Origin: the human T2T-CHM13v2.0 reference genome, Homo sapiens
Direction: 5' to 3' (one strand)
Length of the DNA stretch: 64,000 nucleotides
Assembly: GCF_009914755.1 (NCBI RefSeq)
Contig: NC_060926.1
Shown piece after piece: positions 41,501 through 57,712 of the stretch. Position 1 is the stretch's first letter, and every line of letters begins with the position of its first letter. The notes beneath the pieces are model-generated. The model was not told where the DNA came from, searched no databases, and saw nothing but the letters and a program-made list of their open reading frames with translations. The position numbers were made by a program, and so were the translations under genes.

Positions 41501-43343
41501 GAATAAAGGTAATTAAAGTCTAGTTATTATCACTAGCCTTAGCAAACCTTGCATTGTAATGGAAGGAATCAACACCTCAAAGCTTTCTTCATTGAGACTA
41601 TTGAAAATTATTATTGTCATCATCATTTCCAGAGCCAGCATTTATCAATTGTTATCTACCTTGAGTGACTTTGAGAAAGTCCTGTAATTTCTGGGTCACA
41701 GTTTCTTCCTAATGAAAGAGCCAGACTCAGTGGTTATTTTAGTCACTTGGACTAGATAACTATATTTATTTGGTCCTCACTTGGTACATTAATTAAAGTA
41801 TTTAATTGGGAAATATGAAAACTAATAAAGCCTTTAATTTTAAGGAGCATAGATTTAAATAGGAAACAGATATTGACTGAAGCTTCTAGACAATAGAGCT
41901 TTACTCTGTAGCAAAATTTTTTAAATGACCTAGGGTGTTTGTGGAAAATTCATCTTTTAAAAATGTACACAGTTCTCATTTTTCATGGGTTCATTCTTAA
42001 AGGTCAAGAAAGAGTGTGGAGCAGGAAGACTCCTTCATTCAGCTCATGTCAATTAAAACACTAAAGTTCTTTCTTATTAATCACAGGCGTCTAGCCCACC
42101 ATCCTGATTCTCTCTAAATCTCGCTTGTCTCTATAGCCGAAAAAGTTATCAGTGCAAATGTCATTTTGTAAGTTATTTTTAAAAATCCATTTTGTGTCAA
42201 TCAATGCTTTTCCTAGGTATGTGATTGTTAAGCATTGCAATATGAAAATCTTAACCCAGAATTACTGACAGAATCAGCCTTTATTATATATTGATTCTTA
42301 TTTTAGACCTCCTCTATGAATAAATACTCAGCCTTCCTAAATACTAACTTTAGGGATTTGGTTGCATCCATTGTTGTCCTACTCCATTACACATGGTTAA
42401 TTATATTTACTTTGTCATGTATCCCACTTTAAAATATGGGAAGTTTCTGAAAGTTGGGGCTTTGTTTTGATGTAATAGTTATACCTATTATATGAAAAAT
42501 TTTATATCTCACTAAATATAATTTGCCTTTCAAGCAATATTTTTATTGTGTGTACTGTTTTTGACCTTAAAGTAGTTAATATCTGGACTAGATGTGGAAA
42601 TGTATAAATTGTGTAGTTTGTACCTTGGTGCTTGGAACAGTCTTTTCCGACTTTTAAAGTGCTAGATCCCTTTTTATTAAAAGGAATGCCAGTATGTTAA
42701 AACAGTAACAGAGCTGCTCTGTTGAGGGGAGGTGGGGGCTGGAAACCTACCCCTTCAGTCAGTGTCTTTGCCAGATGGCCTCTCAGGAACCTCCACAGAA
42801 GCCTGGGGGACTTCAGAACGTTACTGTTCAGTTGCTGCAGTAATTATACATTCTAAAAAGTGAGGGTTTTTTTCCTAGTTAAGCTTATTTTTCTCAAAAG
42901 ATTACCATCCATAGAACAGACATTTTTAAAAATTAGATCTAAGTGTAGAAATGACAGTAAACTCATGATCCAGTTGAAGATTTTAAAAAATAAAAATAGT
43001 GGTTAATTTTTATCAATACAGCAGATTTAAATAAATATTGAATTTAAATACCTTTTAAATACTGGATTACATAATAGAGCAATCCAAAAAATCACTCACA
43101 TAGTTTAAAGTAGTGATAATAATGTAAAAAGCAAATTTAAATACCATAATTATTTTTCATCATAAGTTGCAGAAAGTAAAACATGTTTCAATTTATGAAC
43201 ACAGAATAATTTTTGCGTATTAAAAACAATAAAATCACCTCCTGGGTAAAAATGTATGTTTTTCAAAGAGCAGTATAGTTTTTCATGATTTCTAAAATGA
43301 TTTTTATTTCTTCCTTTTGGGGGAAAAATCGTCATGTAAACAG

Positions 43344-43535
43344 CACCCTCATCATTTGTCTTTGAAAGAAGAGGCTTCTGATGTGGTTCGTCAAAAGAAG
43401 AAGTACCCAAAGAAGCCTAAAGCAGAGGCTTTGATAACATCTCAGCAACCCACTCCTGAGACATTGCCTGTGATCAATAAGAGTGACATTAAGCAATATG
43501 ATTTTCACAGCTCAGATGAAGATGAATTTCCACAG
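43344..43535 (+). CDS. EPC2: EPC2 coding exon (probably exon 7), with basic NLS-like cluster
   Basis: aaacag|cac ... cag|gtgctt; 192 nt, phase 0/0. HPHHLSLKEEASDVVRQKKKYPKKPKAEALITSQQPTPETLPVINKSDIKQYDFHSSDEDEFPQ. Confidence 0.95.
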
Positions 43536-44144
43536 GTGCTTGTTTTAAAATATTTTAAAGATATTTCTTCTTAGTATTTTATATTGCTATATTTTTAAAA
43601 CAATTGCTATCTTAGAGTTTTTATTCTTGCTTTGTTCCCCTAATGTATATAGCATAAACATTTCCACAGTATTTATGTAGCCACTGAAATGGTATTTACT
43701 CTGTATTACTTTTCATCAGTTGTATAGAATTTACTCTTTTGTGGAGCGCATGGTTTTTAGTTTTTCCATTTATAAAAATGAACATAGATTTTTTCCCTCT
43801 ATTTAAAATAGATTCTTAGAAATTGAATTACTAGTTACTAACCAAAAATTATCAATATTTTAAGACAGTTAATATATAATTGTAAATATTGAAAATATTC
43901 ATCAACAATACTTTCCTTTTTACCACACTCCACCAGCATTGTGTTTTATAACTTTTAATGTAAACTTTGCTAATTTGTTAGGTAATGGCTATTTGATTCT
44001 AAAAAAGACTTAAAGGAACTGATTCAAGTTTTAACTCTTTGATAAATATTGCAACAGCTTTATAGAAAAATGTGTGCAATTAAAAAATATTTTTATAAGT
44101 GCTGTTTTTAAAATAAGACTTTTACTTTATATATTAAAAGATCC

Positions 44145-44504
<360 letters not shown>

Positions 44505-45290
44505 TTAAAAATAGTATGGGAAACTTAACAGAAAATACTGTAACAAAGACCTTGAACTACTACCAGCTTTATCATATTTTAACTTTTTGACTTGTTTGCT
44601 TTAAGGAAACTTTCTTTTAAAAACCAACATTATAGATATGTTTGAAAGCAAGACTGTTTATAAAACTCTTCATTGCTATAACCATTTAAAATCTGGAGTT
44701 TGCATAAAATGTGTCCATTTGGCTGGATTATATTATTTTTACTCTTTTTCACCAATTGGTTTTTCTACCCAGATAATATTCTGATAGTCATATGAATAGT
44801 ATCAAATGTGCAAAGATATGCTTAATTTTATATTCCCTTCAGGAGCACTTAATGAACCCATATATTACTTTTGTCAGAGGATCATCTAGTTTGACTCAGG
44901 CAGAGCTTTGAATAGCCATGGGACATTTATCAGATGACCATTTTGAAGGAATGAGGGATATAGTGCCCTACAAAAGAGTAATTTTCCAGATAGAAAGTAT
45001 AGGGAAGGGTTCTAGGCACAGCATATTAGAGGGAACTCCTAGCAGTTTCGCATTGCTGGAGCACAAAACATAGAAGAGGAAGAGGGGATGAAAGGCTTGA
45101 TGCCTGCAGTAATACCCAGATGGCAGATAGCCTCTATCTACATCATACATACTGGGAAATTATTTAAAATGTTAAGTAAGAAAATGACATAGTTAGATAA
45201 ATATTTGTATAATAGGCTTATATTGGTGGTACTAATGAGAGCCTAGAAAGTTTTGCTATATATTTCCAGCCCTTTAAGAATGATGCTGTA

Positions 45291-45684
<394 letters not shown>

Positions 45685-47538
45685 TCAGCATAACTACTCA
45701 TATGTTTCTCATGCATTAAGGGATCTTCATTTCTGCTCCAAATTCTTGCATTGATTTATATAGTTTCCAGTTCCCATACCCACATGAAAATTGCATTTTG
45801 AAACTTTTAGGTTCTTCTGATTGTTTGTATTAGGTCTTAGACAATCCTCATTAATTTTATGGTATCTCCATATTACTAAAGAGTAAGTATTAATGTTTAC
45901 CTATATTTGGGCGTCATTCAGTGAGGCAGCTATTCAGAGTGTACATCTTATAAAATCAGGATTTTATTGCTGACAAGATCATTAAAGTAATCATATTTTT
46001 CTTTGTCTAATAAACCAAGAACAAGGAATAGGGAGCCTTAAGAGAACAAACATTTTAACCAGACTTATGCCACTGAATTGCAGCTGAACAGAGCTAAAAC
46101 TCTGCCTCTTGATCGTGCTTCCGATTTTCCTAACATTAGCTTTGTCTTCCTATGCCTCAGACTTCTTTTGTCCCCTGGAATCTACCCCGGGGAATCGTAG
46201 TTAGGAGGAAGGGGTGATAGATTTTATACACAGAATTTCTGAGACTTTGTGACACTTCCTGTGTATATCTTAGAATAGGTACGTTATTTGCAAAGGAACC
46301 AAAGTGTAAAATTCACGTTTGGGATTTCCTTTCAAATTTCAGGTTTGAGGCTTGGTTCCCCATGAAGAAGATTCAGCCCCAGCTCACTGTTTCTGTGTCT
46401 CCCCCATAGGGTTGGTGGAGGTATATTGGAACCTCAAACAAATACCTTTCTCCCCTGGATGACCCTGCTCAGTGGTAATTACCACAGTTTGGAAATAATA
46501 TGGAGAAAACATTTTTCCTCTCGAAATAGGAAGAGAGGGATTTGTGAGGTTCAGAAATTTGCAAGTAAATATGGTTGAGCCAGCGTTTATCAGAAAAAGA
46601 GATGTTCTACAAAGTGAGAGTGCGAGACAACTGAAACTTAAGTACCAAAACTTTTAAAAAAATTTTAATAATTATGGGTGGAAATTTATCTAAAACATAT
46701 TATTTCCCTATCTTCAGTGTATTTGTATATTATTTAATCTGTTTTTGTGACATTTATAAAGCGTGCTCTAATAGGTCAATGCTACTGCCCTAGAAGTCCA
46801 CTCAATTACATAGGGATATTTGGCCTGATAGGACATGGCCTGGGAAGAGTGCTTTCTAATATGTGACAGCTTTCTGAAAGTCTTTATTCTTTTGCTCTAG
46901 CGTTGCGGGCTTATCTCTTCTCTATAACCAATGTGCTTACTTTAGCAAGTCATTTCTCTTCTTCTTTTCTACTTCTGATCTGCTAAGTTTAAAAAGTGAT
47001 TTTTGAAAAATGAGTTGGGAGATACAAGACTTTCCTTTGAATAAAACCTGGCCTTTATGGCCTTTGGGGTTTTTTTTGTTGTGGTGATTTTTTTTGGCTG
47101 TTTATAAGCTGTTTTTATGTCCTAGCTTTTGGCTTTATTACAGAGAGATAAAGTTATTGGATAAAAATACACTTAACCTATAGGTGAAGTAAATATTTAA
47201 CTGTCATTAAATATTTATAGCCACATACATTATTTATAAAATATAATGGGATGTATAAAAACTGTATTAATTCTAAGACTTAGCACTTCATGTTTAGAAG
47301 CAATCAAGCAATACCAATGCCATCTAGACTTAACCTGAAAGAACTAATCCATTAAAAACAATGATTTTTAACTATAGAAAATTTTTGCTAGTCATTGAAT
47401 GTTTTGGGGAATTCAGTACTTATGATATGTAATATAGAAGTGATTTACTGTTTGTGATCAGATTTACATTTTAGAGTATTACAAACATTGATCTATTGAC
47501 TTTTGATAACTTCTAAATGGAATGCCTCTTTTGTCTAG

Positions 47539-47628
47539 GTATTGTCCCCAGTATCAGAACCGGAAGAAGAAAATGATCCTGATGGTCCCTGTGCTTTCAG
47601 AAGGCGGGCAGGATGCCAGTATTATGCT
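47539..47628 (+). CDS. EPC2: EPC2 coding exon (probably exon 8)
   Basis: ttgtctag|gta ... gct|gtaaga; 90 nt, phase 0/0. VLSPVSEPEEENDPDGPCAFRRRAGCQYYA. Confidence 0.96.
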
Positions 47629-48414
47629 GTAAGAACTTTTGTGTGTGTGTGGTGTTTTTGTGAACTGGAATTAACAGGTAACCCATGTCAAGATGACTTA
47701 GTCTTGATCTAAAAATGGGAAATGCATCAGTACTTTTTATTTAACATCCTTTATGTGGATACTGGTAAAAGATGCTAAAAGGTACTGAGTCCTTTCAAAG
47801 GGCGTCGGAATCCTCTTCTTGGAAATTGATAATTCCTCACATTTTAGAAATTTAGGTTCATTTTGGGCTCTAATTATAGCTTCAGCAGCTGTGAAAATTA
47901 CTCAGTGTGTCATTACTAGAATTAGGTAAACCCAGAATTTGTAAGTTGGTTCTAGAACCTTTGATGGCTGCTAGGTGTTTATTGAAATTTATTGTTATGC
48001 AAGCCCATCTTGTGCATACATACCAGTAAGTATCAAACAAAATAATAATTTTGTTTGATACTTCCATAATGGCAATGTTTTGTCTAATAATTGTATTCAT
48101 AACTTTTTGACACACCTAGAAGTTGCTTTATGCTATGAAGTCGCATTATATCACTCTCCAAGGTTCTCAATGAGATATAATGTAGCATTGTGAGGATGGC
48201 TTTGACTTTCTTATATGGCTTGTAGAGATCATTTATCTTGCTATATAATGGTAAGCATACACTGACAGCTTTTTTAGAGTGTGTAAATTTAGGAGAGGTG
48301 GAGATTTGTTTACTAGTTATGTTGATGAGAGAAGGGAAAATTCTTAACGAAAGGGGACAGACAGCATGATAAAATGATGAAGGGAATGGGAAGGCAGGGA
48401 ACAGCTTGTTTGTT

Positions 48415-48727
48415 TCTTTATATTTATTTATTTACTTATTTATTTCTTTTAGAGACAGGGTCTTGCTCTGTCACCAAGGCTGGAGTGCAATGGTGCAATC
48501 ATACAGTTCACCGTAACTTCAAACTCCTGGGCTCCAGTAGTCCGCCCACCTCAGCCTCCTGGGATTACAGGCGCATACCACTACATGCTGCTAATTTTTG
48601 TAATTTTTGTAGAGATAGGGTCTTGCTACGTTGCCCAGGCTGGTCTTGAACTCCTGGTCTCTAGTGATCCTCCTGTCTTGGCCTCCTAAAGTGCTAGGAT
48701 TACAGGCATGAACCACTGCATCCTGCT
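48415..48727 (-). mobile_element. AluJ
   Basis: (TTTA)n tail, then gagacagggtcttgctctgtcacc...ctcctgggctc. Confidence 0.9.
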
Positions 48728-49179
48728 TGGATGTGTGTTTCTTAAAAGTAAAGAGGAAGCTTCAGTTTGACCCCATAGTGTTTGAAGTGCAATTTTTAGT
48801 CCAAAAAATATTCTTTCTGGTTTCTCAGTAGGAAGCCTACAAATTACTATGTAATTTCACCATCTCTACTTTGTACACAAATGTTAAAAGCTGCATTATT
48901 TTTAACTATATATTCCTTTTTAAGTATAATAGACCCTAAATGAATTTATATTTACAAACTAAATTCAGTTTTGGTAATCTTGGTGAGTGAACTTTTGATT
49001 CAATTTTGTAAAATTTAACCTGATTAATAGTCAATGAAGCCCCACTTTTACAGTTTTATATCTAGATTTTAATTGTTCTGCTAATGTTGCAGTTACTTCA
49101 TGTTTATCATGATCTAACCTGTCTTCATTTCAGATTTACTCCATGAGTTTTTTGTTTTTTGTTTTTTCTTTCTTTGCAG

Positions 49180-49325
49180 CCTCGTTTGGACCAAGCTAAC
49201 CATTCATGTGAAAATTCAGAATTGGCAGATTTGGATAAGTTGAGGTATAGGCATTGCCTTACAACACTTACAGTCCCAAGAAGATGTATAGGATTTGCAA
49301 GGAGGCGAATTGGCAGAGGTGGAAG
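49180..49325 (+). CDS. EPC2: EPC2 coding exon (probably exon 9), EPcB region
   Basis: tttgcag|cct ... ggaag|gtgaag; 146 nt. PRLDQANHSCENSELADLDKLRYRHCLTTLTVPRRCIGFARRRIGRGG(R), with the EPC motif IGFARRRIGRGGR. Confidence 0.97.
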
Positions 49326-49431
49326 GTGAAGTATTTGTTTTCACCTGGTTTTTGTTTGCTATCTGGAACAGAAGACAAAGAGAACATGTTCAGCTCTCTC
49401 AGTTAATATTTGGTTTTATTTTGCTTTTCAG

Positions 49432-49775
49432 GGTCATAATGGACCGAATATCCACAGAACATGACCCAGTCCTGAAACAGATAGACCCTGAAATGCTGAA
49501 TAGTTTTTCAAGCTCTTCCCAAACTATAGACTTTTCTTCTAATTTCTCTCGGACCAATGCTTCCAGTAAACATTGTGAAAATAGACTGTCTCTTTCTGAA
49601 ATATTAAGCAATATCAGATCATGTCGACTACAGTGTTTCCAGCCAAGGCTACTAAATTTACAGGACAGTGATAGTGAAGAATGTACCTCAAGAAAACCAG
49701 GGCAGACTGTGAACAATAAAAGAGTTTCTGCAGCATCTGTAGCTTTATTGAACACCAGCAAGAATGGCATATCAG
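49432..49775 (+). CDS. EPC2: EPC2 coding exon (probably exon 10)
   Basis: ttttcag|g gtc ... tcag|gtaagc; 344 nt. (R)VIMDRISTEHDPVLKQIDPEM...VALLNTSKNGIS. Confidence 0.97.
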
Positions 49776-50190
49776 GTAAGCTGTTGCTGTGTTAAAAGTA
49801 TATCCTGCTATTCTTTTTTACTTAATTTTATTGGGAAAGGAATTTTATCTTAACCTACTTAATTTTTTTTCCAACCTAAGAAACAAAATTGTTCTGTTCT
49901 GCCTCACATTTTAACCAAATTGTCCTAACTAGTACTGTAAAACCACTGACATCTGTTTCGGGTGTGTGCCTGGTACGGTAAATGTAGGCAGAATGCATAC
50001 AGAGTTCCCTGTGGCCACACTGCTTATAAGCTGCCACCAGATCATCACAGCACAGTACTATCTGCTGCTTATGTTAAAGGTAGTTTTCATTTTGGTGCGT
50101 AAACTTTCATTAAATGTAACCATTGCTCCTTGAGAGTACCTTTGAAAACTCTTGCTGAAAAATGAATTTTAGGAGACTCCCTGTGAATAA

Positions 50191-50490
<300 letters not shown>

Positions 50491-52732
50491 TGAATAATAA
50501 TTTTTGTCCAATAGCTTACCTCTAGTTAAATCAGGAAGTTTTTTCATTTTTAAGAAATGTATTCAGGTTAATTTAATATTTTTATGACATGTACATTGTA
50601 AATAATGTATAATATCTAGAGAATCTAGGGTACACTTTTGATTTGTTTTCTTCTGTGGTCTCTTTATCACATGTATGCAAGTATGTATAATTTATAGATA
50701 TCTTTATACATTGTATATATGCATTGTATCCCAAGACTAAAATAGATGTGGCTTGACTTACACTGTTGATACCATTTTTTTCTGTATGTATTTCTAAATT
50801 ATTTCCTGGATGATCCATTCTAGGATGTGAAATTATCATCTTAAACTTCTTTAAAGTGATCATAAATCACTTTAGCTTGAAATTTGGTCTCAATAATGTT
50901 CAGTCTCTTTTAGCTACTGAACTGCCTGTTTTCCAACTTGACTCGTACAGTGATTTGTTTAAAGGTTATAATGGAAAATTGGATTTGTTTGAATGATTAG
51001 AAATTGGCATATCATTTATCCAAATTGGTTGGTTAATTTTCTCCTAAACAAACTTAAGTAAGGAAAATGGCCTCCCATTATATAAAGTTCATGAGTCTGT
51101 GAAGTTGAAAGAGTGCTTGAAGCTGAAATGGATGAATGCGTAATATGATTTGAGGCTGCAGGATTATTAGAAATCTAAAGATAGTAGAAAGTTGACAAAT
51201 ATTAAATCAAATCTTTTTTCAGCCAGCTCTAAGACAAAGTTCCAATTTATTTAACTAAATGGGAATTCCTGTACTAAACATTCTCAAAATAATTTTTCCC
51301 AAAAAGAGAGTTTAAAACATATCATATAGAGGCATTTATAATTACATTTGACCATAGGCTGATTGTCTTCTCTGCTGATGTATACCACATTAAAAAATGA
51401 TTTTAATATCTTCCTTCTCAACGTGAACATTGTCAGATATTTGCAGCTTTCTCCTATACATTCCAGATTAACTCTAGATTTAACTTGACTTTTTTCCAGA
51501 AAGTGTATATATGTTGTATATATTGTTATATCATCAATACAACATATGTATTGGTCCAAAATATAACTTAATATGACTTAAATAGTTCCATTATAATCAC
51601 CTCTATAATCCTATGACACTACCATACAACATAAAATAAGCATTTAAACTGTTATCTTAGGCGTGCATGTACTTCTCAGGGAATTTAAGTCACAAGTAAT
51701 CAGTGTTAACATCATAGACAACAAGTTTTTTTGTATTCTTACCTTTACCTTACCATTAGAAAAAAATAATCTTTTTGGTCTGTGTGATTTTTCCTATCTA
51801 AAATTTTTTAATATCCTCAATACAGTACCATTTCTTTCTTCCCTTAAAAAATTTTAAGGCTTAAGCAACAAGTAAGGTACATTAGAATTCAGTGTTTTGA
51901 AATAAGATCTATCTTATTTAATAATTTATTCTTAGAGTAAAAGATTTTGTTTGAACTCATTCTTCTTCACTGACTGTGACCCCTCTAGTCACTGGGACCA
52001 CAAGATTTTTTGTTTTCAACAGATGTCTTTTGTTTTAAAATAATAGGCATGGCAATATAAATACATAATGAAAAAAGTTTTTTAACAGCATTTTTTAAAA
52101 TAATTGAAACCATAATTTAATGATTTATATCAGTTACATTCATTATATAGATTTCTTAGTTCTGGTTAGATAATTTTAAGTGAATTCAGTTACAGTTCCA
52201 TGAATGTGGATAGGAATTTCCTCATCTACCTAAATAGAAGGATGAGGGAGTTTTAGAAAGCTATATTTTTACTTTTGATGGATATATACAAAAGAATGGG
52301 ATCCTCATGTGTTTGGTTTTTCTAATCCATGCGTCTTGAACACTTTTTCCTTCTGCTTGTTCTTAGTGGGCTTGGTCATGAGAGCACAGTTGTTTTTAAG
52401 AGTAATAAGACAAAAAATAAAGGAACAAGACTAACACAGGATTATACTTTTCCCTAGCAGAGAATAACACTGAGCTAAACAGATTATTAGTACTGAATTG
52501 TCCATTTCACAGCTGGGAAATCCCAGCAAATGAAGCGTTTAATGAGAAATAGAAACATAATGCACTTTATTTATATCACCAGTTCCTTAGTTCTTAAACA
52601 AAAATTAAAAAGAGGGCTGCATCTTATGTGGAATTGAGGGCTAGTGGCAAATAGTTTTCTCTTAAATGTTGTTAATATAAACCCTGATTAACGTTTTCCA
52701 TGTCATAACCCATGTGTCCAAAATATATTCTA

Positions 52733-53030
52733 GGCCGGGCGTGGTGGCTCACGCCTGTAATCCCAGCATTTTGGGAGGCTGAGGCAGGTAGATCACTTGA
52801 GGCCAGGAGTTCGAGACCAGCCTGGGCAACATGGCAAAACCCGGTTTCTACTAAAAATACAAAAGTTAGCCGGGTGTGGTGGCACGTGCCTGTAGTCCCA
52901 GCTGAGGGAGGAGGATCTCTTGAGCTCAGGAAGTAGAGGCTGCAGTAAGCCAAGATCCTGCCACTGTACTCCAGCCAGGGTGAGACCCTGACTCAAAAAA
53001 AAAAATATATTTTATATATATATATATATG
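52733..53030 (+). mobile_element. Alu (J/S) with (TA)n tail
   Basis: ggccgggcgtggtggctcacgcc...gagaccctgactc, then an A tail and (TA)n. Confidence 0.9.
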
Positions 53031-53159
53031 CATGTACTATTTGTTATCTTTTATATACTTGAAGGAAAATTGAAAAGTGTATCCTAGATGTTAGAACTAA
53101 AACTAAAGACTTTTCATTTGAAAGCAGAGATGTGTTTTGTTAACCTTTAAGTAAAATAA

Positions 53160-53514
<355 letters not shown>

Positions 53515-53969
53515 TCAAAGAGTAAAAGCAGGATAAAGAATAGATTGATTGTGGTGAACATGACAATTGAGTAACCAAGAGAAATTAATTTCATACATTA
53601 TTTAGTATCTGTTATATGCGAAACACTGTGTTAAATGTTTAAAAGTTGCAAGGTCTTACAAGACAATCCTTACCTTCAAGGAACTTAATTAATAGCACAT
53701 GCAAATATTACATTCTTCATATAAACGGGATAATCCTTTGAAATTACAGTATTATTTAACTGTTCTTTGAAATGATGTTCTTAAATCCAGAACTCAAGAA
53801 AATGCATTTCATATCTAAAAGTGCTTTGCTTTTTCAGATTTGAAAGGACAGATTAATTTACATTTAGTTTTAGTTTTCTCTAATGCATGGTTGCAAATTA
53901 ACATAATACTTTTTTCTTTTCTTACCTGTCATAATATACAGAATAGATACCAGCAGCCTTTCTGACCAG

Positions 53970-54500
<531 letters not shown>

Positions 54501-55150
54501 CTAATTTCCAAAATCATTAAGTTTGTACAGTTTTCCAAGAGAAATTCCTGATTTTTAATTTCTTCAGTTTCTCTTCCCATTCATTCTTAAATTGTCATAA
54601 ATGTTTGCAACTATGATAGTTTTAGGATTGATATAATGTGATTTAACATCTAGCTAAGGGTTAGGGTTGCTTCCAGAAGTGAGAAACGGATTCAGACCTA
54701 AGGGATTAAAGTATTTTAGTTTGACTATAAAAGGAAATAATGAAATTTCAATTGTAAATATTTGGCTTGGGTTTCAGAAGTTTAAATGGATTTTTAGTCT
54801 TTCTTCATTATCCTCACATCTGTTTGTTCTTCATTCCCCAACCCCCCTTATCTTTCCTCTCCCCAAAGACTCAGTTGATTTGTTAGTTTGTCTTTCACTG
54901 TAAGAGTTACATTTGTAAGATGTATATAGTCCTGGAAAGGTCATGTCAACCCTCCTGGATATGTTTGTCAGCAGAGTAGCACCAGTGGTTTATATGAACT
55001 TTCATCTGACTTCCTATTCTAACCCAGAGGATTTGATGTAAGATCCCTCTCTCTACCCTTTAATCCTGCCCCAGACCTGCCCTTTAAAACAGACAAAAAT
55101 TGCATATAGTCAGCATATCTTTGAGAAAGCATATACCAAAACTCTTGTAA

Positions 55151-55621
<471 letters not shown>

Positions 55622-57712
55622 TAACAAAGACTGACCTGGTAGATGAAGAAATACTAGATGATGTATTCTTTTTGACTTTTAAATAATCTTTACTACCAAA
55701 TTAGGTATTCCTCATTAAGCTATGAAAATTTGGTCTAGGCTAGTATTTGAAAAATTCATGACTTCCCAAGAATACATCTTAGCCCAGTTTAAGAAACACT
55801 GCATTAAAAGTTAAGAGATGATGAAAAAACAAAGGCACAAGCACAAAAATCCTGTGTTCCTACTCTGTTATGGGATGATGATCCAGAAGATCCAGAGTGT
55901 ATTTCTGTTTAGATTGTTCTTTTTGTTTGTCAACAAAAAATCTTTGTTAGTTAACAAAGATTTCCCATATACTCAAGAATACCTGTGGGCACAAGCTTGA
56001 GAAGCAGGACCTAAAGCTTTATAATCATTATGTTAGTGTAAAATCTGTGGAGGTACCCAGAGTATGTTTTTAGTTGATCACTAAAAAGTCACCCTAAGCA
56101 GAGCACCATACAGGAACCACACACCTAAAAGGCAAAGGATGAAATGAGGGATGGCTGGGACCTTTGAAAACAGTCTGCTTTCCAAGGATGGTGACAGATA
56201 CCTAAGAAAAGGCATATGGATTTATCTGAGGAATAAAAGTAGACTGGTAATTACAAGATAGATAATGAATCAGATTTGTAGAAGATAGCCAGAAAGGTGA
56301 GGGGCTTTCGTGAAAAACAGACTGTTCTGTATACAACATATCTAGAAATGCAAGTATGTTACTAACGTCCTGAATGACATATTTGGGTATATAAAAGGGA
56401 AAATCCTGTAACAAGTATGCCAAATGTGTTATATAGAATGTGTTACCTAGGAAGTTTTGCAAAACATTTTACTTAGGGAAAGGAATGCTTCTCATCTATC
56501 TGGAGTATTGAAATACTCCTACCTTCACAAAACAATCAGATTTATGGTTACTTTTAAATTGATGAGACTTGTGGGCATGTGGTGAGATAAATTTATGACC
56601 AGCATGAATTTCACTTTTAAGCTAGCAACTTAAGATCAACTAGTGAAAAGAACTTGGCTTGGCCCTAAGCAAGAGAAGCAGAGAATCTCAGTTTCCCTTT
56701 TGTACATTCCCACTTGCCCATGGTGCCACGATCACCTCACCCAAAGCTGGGTCTCTATCTTGTATCTCATTCTGAAACAGATTTGTTCACTCTATAACTA
56801 TTACCTCTTCCCGATGTACTTTGATGTGTGCCTCTTGTAATCCAAAGCAATGTAAGAAATCTCTTATGAATGTATTTCAGTAACTTATGAAAGAAAAAAT
56901 AACTAGTAGAGAAAGTGCTTTCAATCAAATTTCTGCCACCTGCCCCTGCCCCCCCGCCCACCACCAGTAAGTAAACCCTGAGAACCCTGAGAATTGCAAT
57001 TCAATATTTTGTCCATCCTATTAAAACTATGCATTTCATACCACTTTTCCTCCTCCCTGAAATAATAAAGGAGTTAGAAAGGATGTTTTGTATGTGTTCC
57101 AATTTTGTGTCATTGATTACTATTGGCAATTTTTGTCTAAAGTTTTGAAGTAATAATAAACAGTGCTCTAGAAAATTCTGAATGAGGAAAATCAGCTTGT
57201 TTCAAGCACAGAATACCTTACTTAATAATAAAGAGCTAGATGTCAAGAATGGATATAACATATTGAGATTGAGGTGAGGGGGAAAAGAAAAAAATGAATG
57301 TAATTTTTTAAAGCATATACATATAGAATTAAATTTGTGTCAGTGATTCTCAACCAGAAATGGGATCAGAAATGAGAATTTTAGTATCAAAATCCACCTA
57401 GGTTTAAAAAGGTTAAGAAACACTGACCATTAATCTGAATAATTTGGATTGCAACCAGATTGGGATTTTCTGAGTTTTCTATGAGGAGAAAAGAATAAGG
57501 TTCCTGAGCAAATTAATGGTCTCAAGAAGACAGGACAGTAAATGGAGACACCCCAAAAAACAGCTAGTTTTATCTGTTTCCGTTTTTAATATGTACACAA
57601 ATGATCATGGTTCATAAAAAGAAGTGGAACACAGCTAGTTGGCAATATTTTGTTATCTATGGTCTACCAACCCAAAAAATATTTTTTGTTGTTTATAAAA
57701 AGTAGCAATTTG

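Noticed and set aside
49399-49770. Antisense ORFs over exons (49399-49770, 32477-32698, 63219-63413)
   Set aside because: These are typical shadow ORFs opposite real coding sequence, with no splice or promoter support.
49295-49795. 166-aa ORF as a separate gene or N-terminally different isoform
   Set aside because: It starts at TTG and is exon 10 plus intron. The intronic AGs at 49392-49393 and 49401-49402 would add 38 or 29 nt and break the frame.
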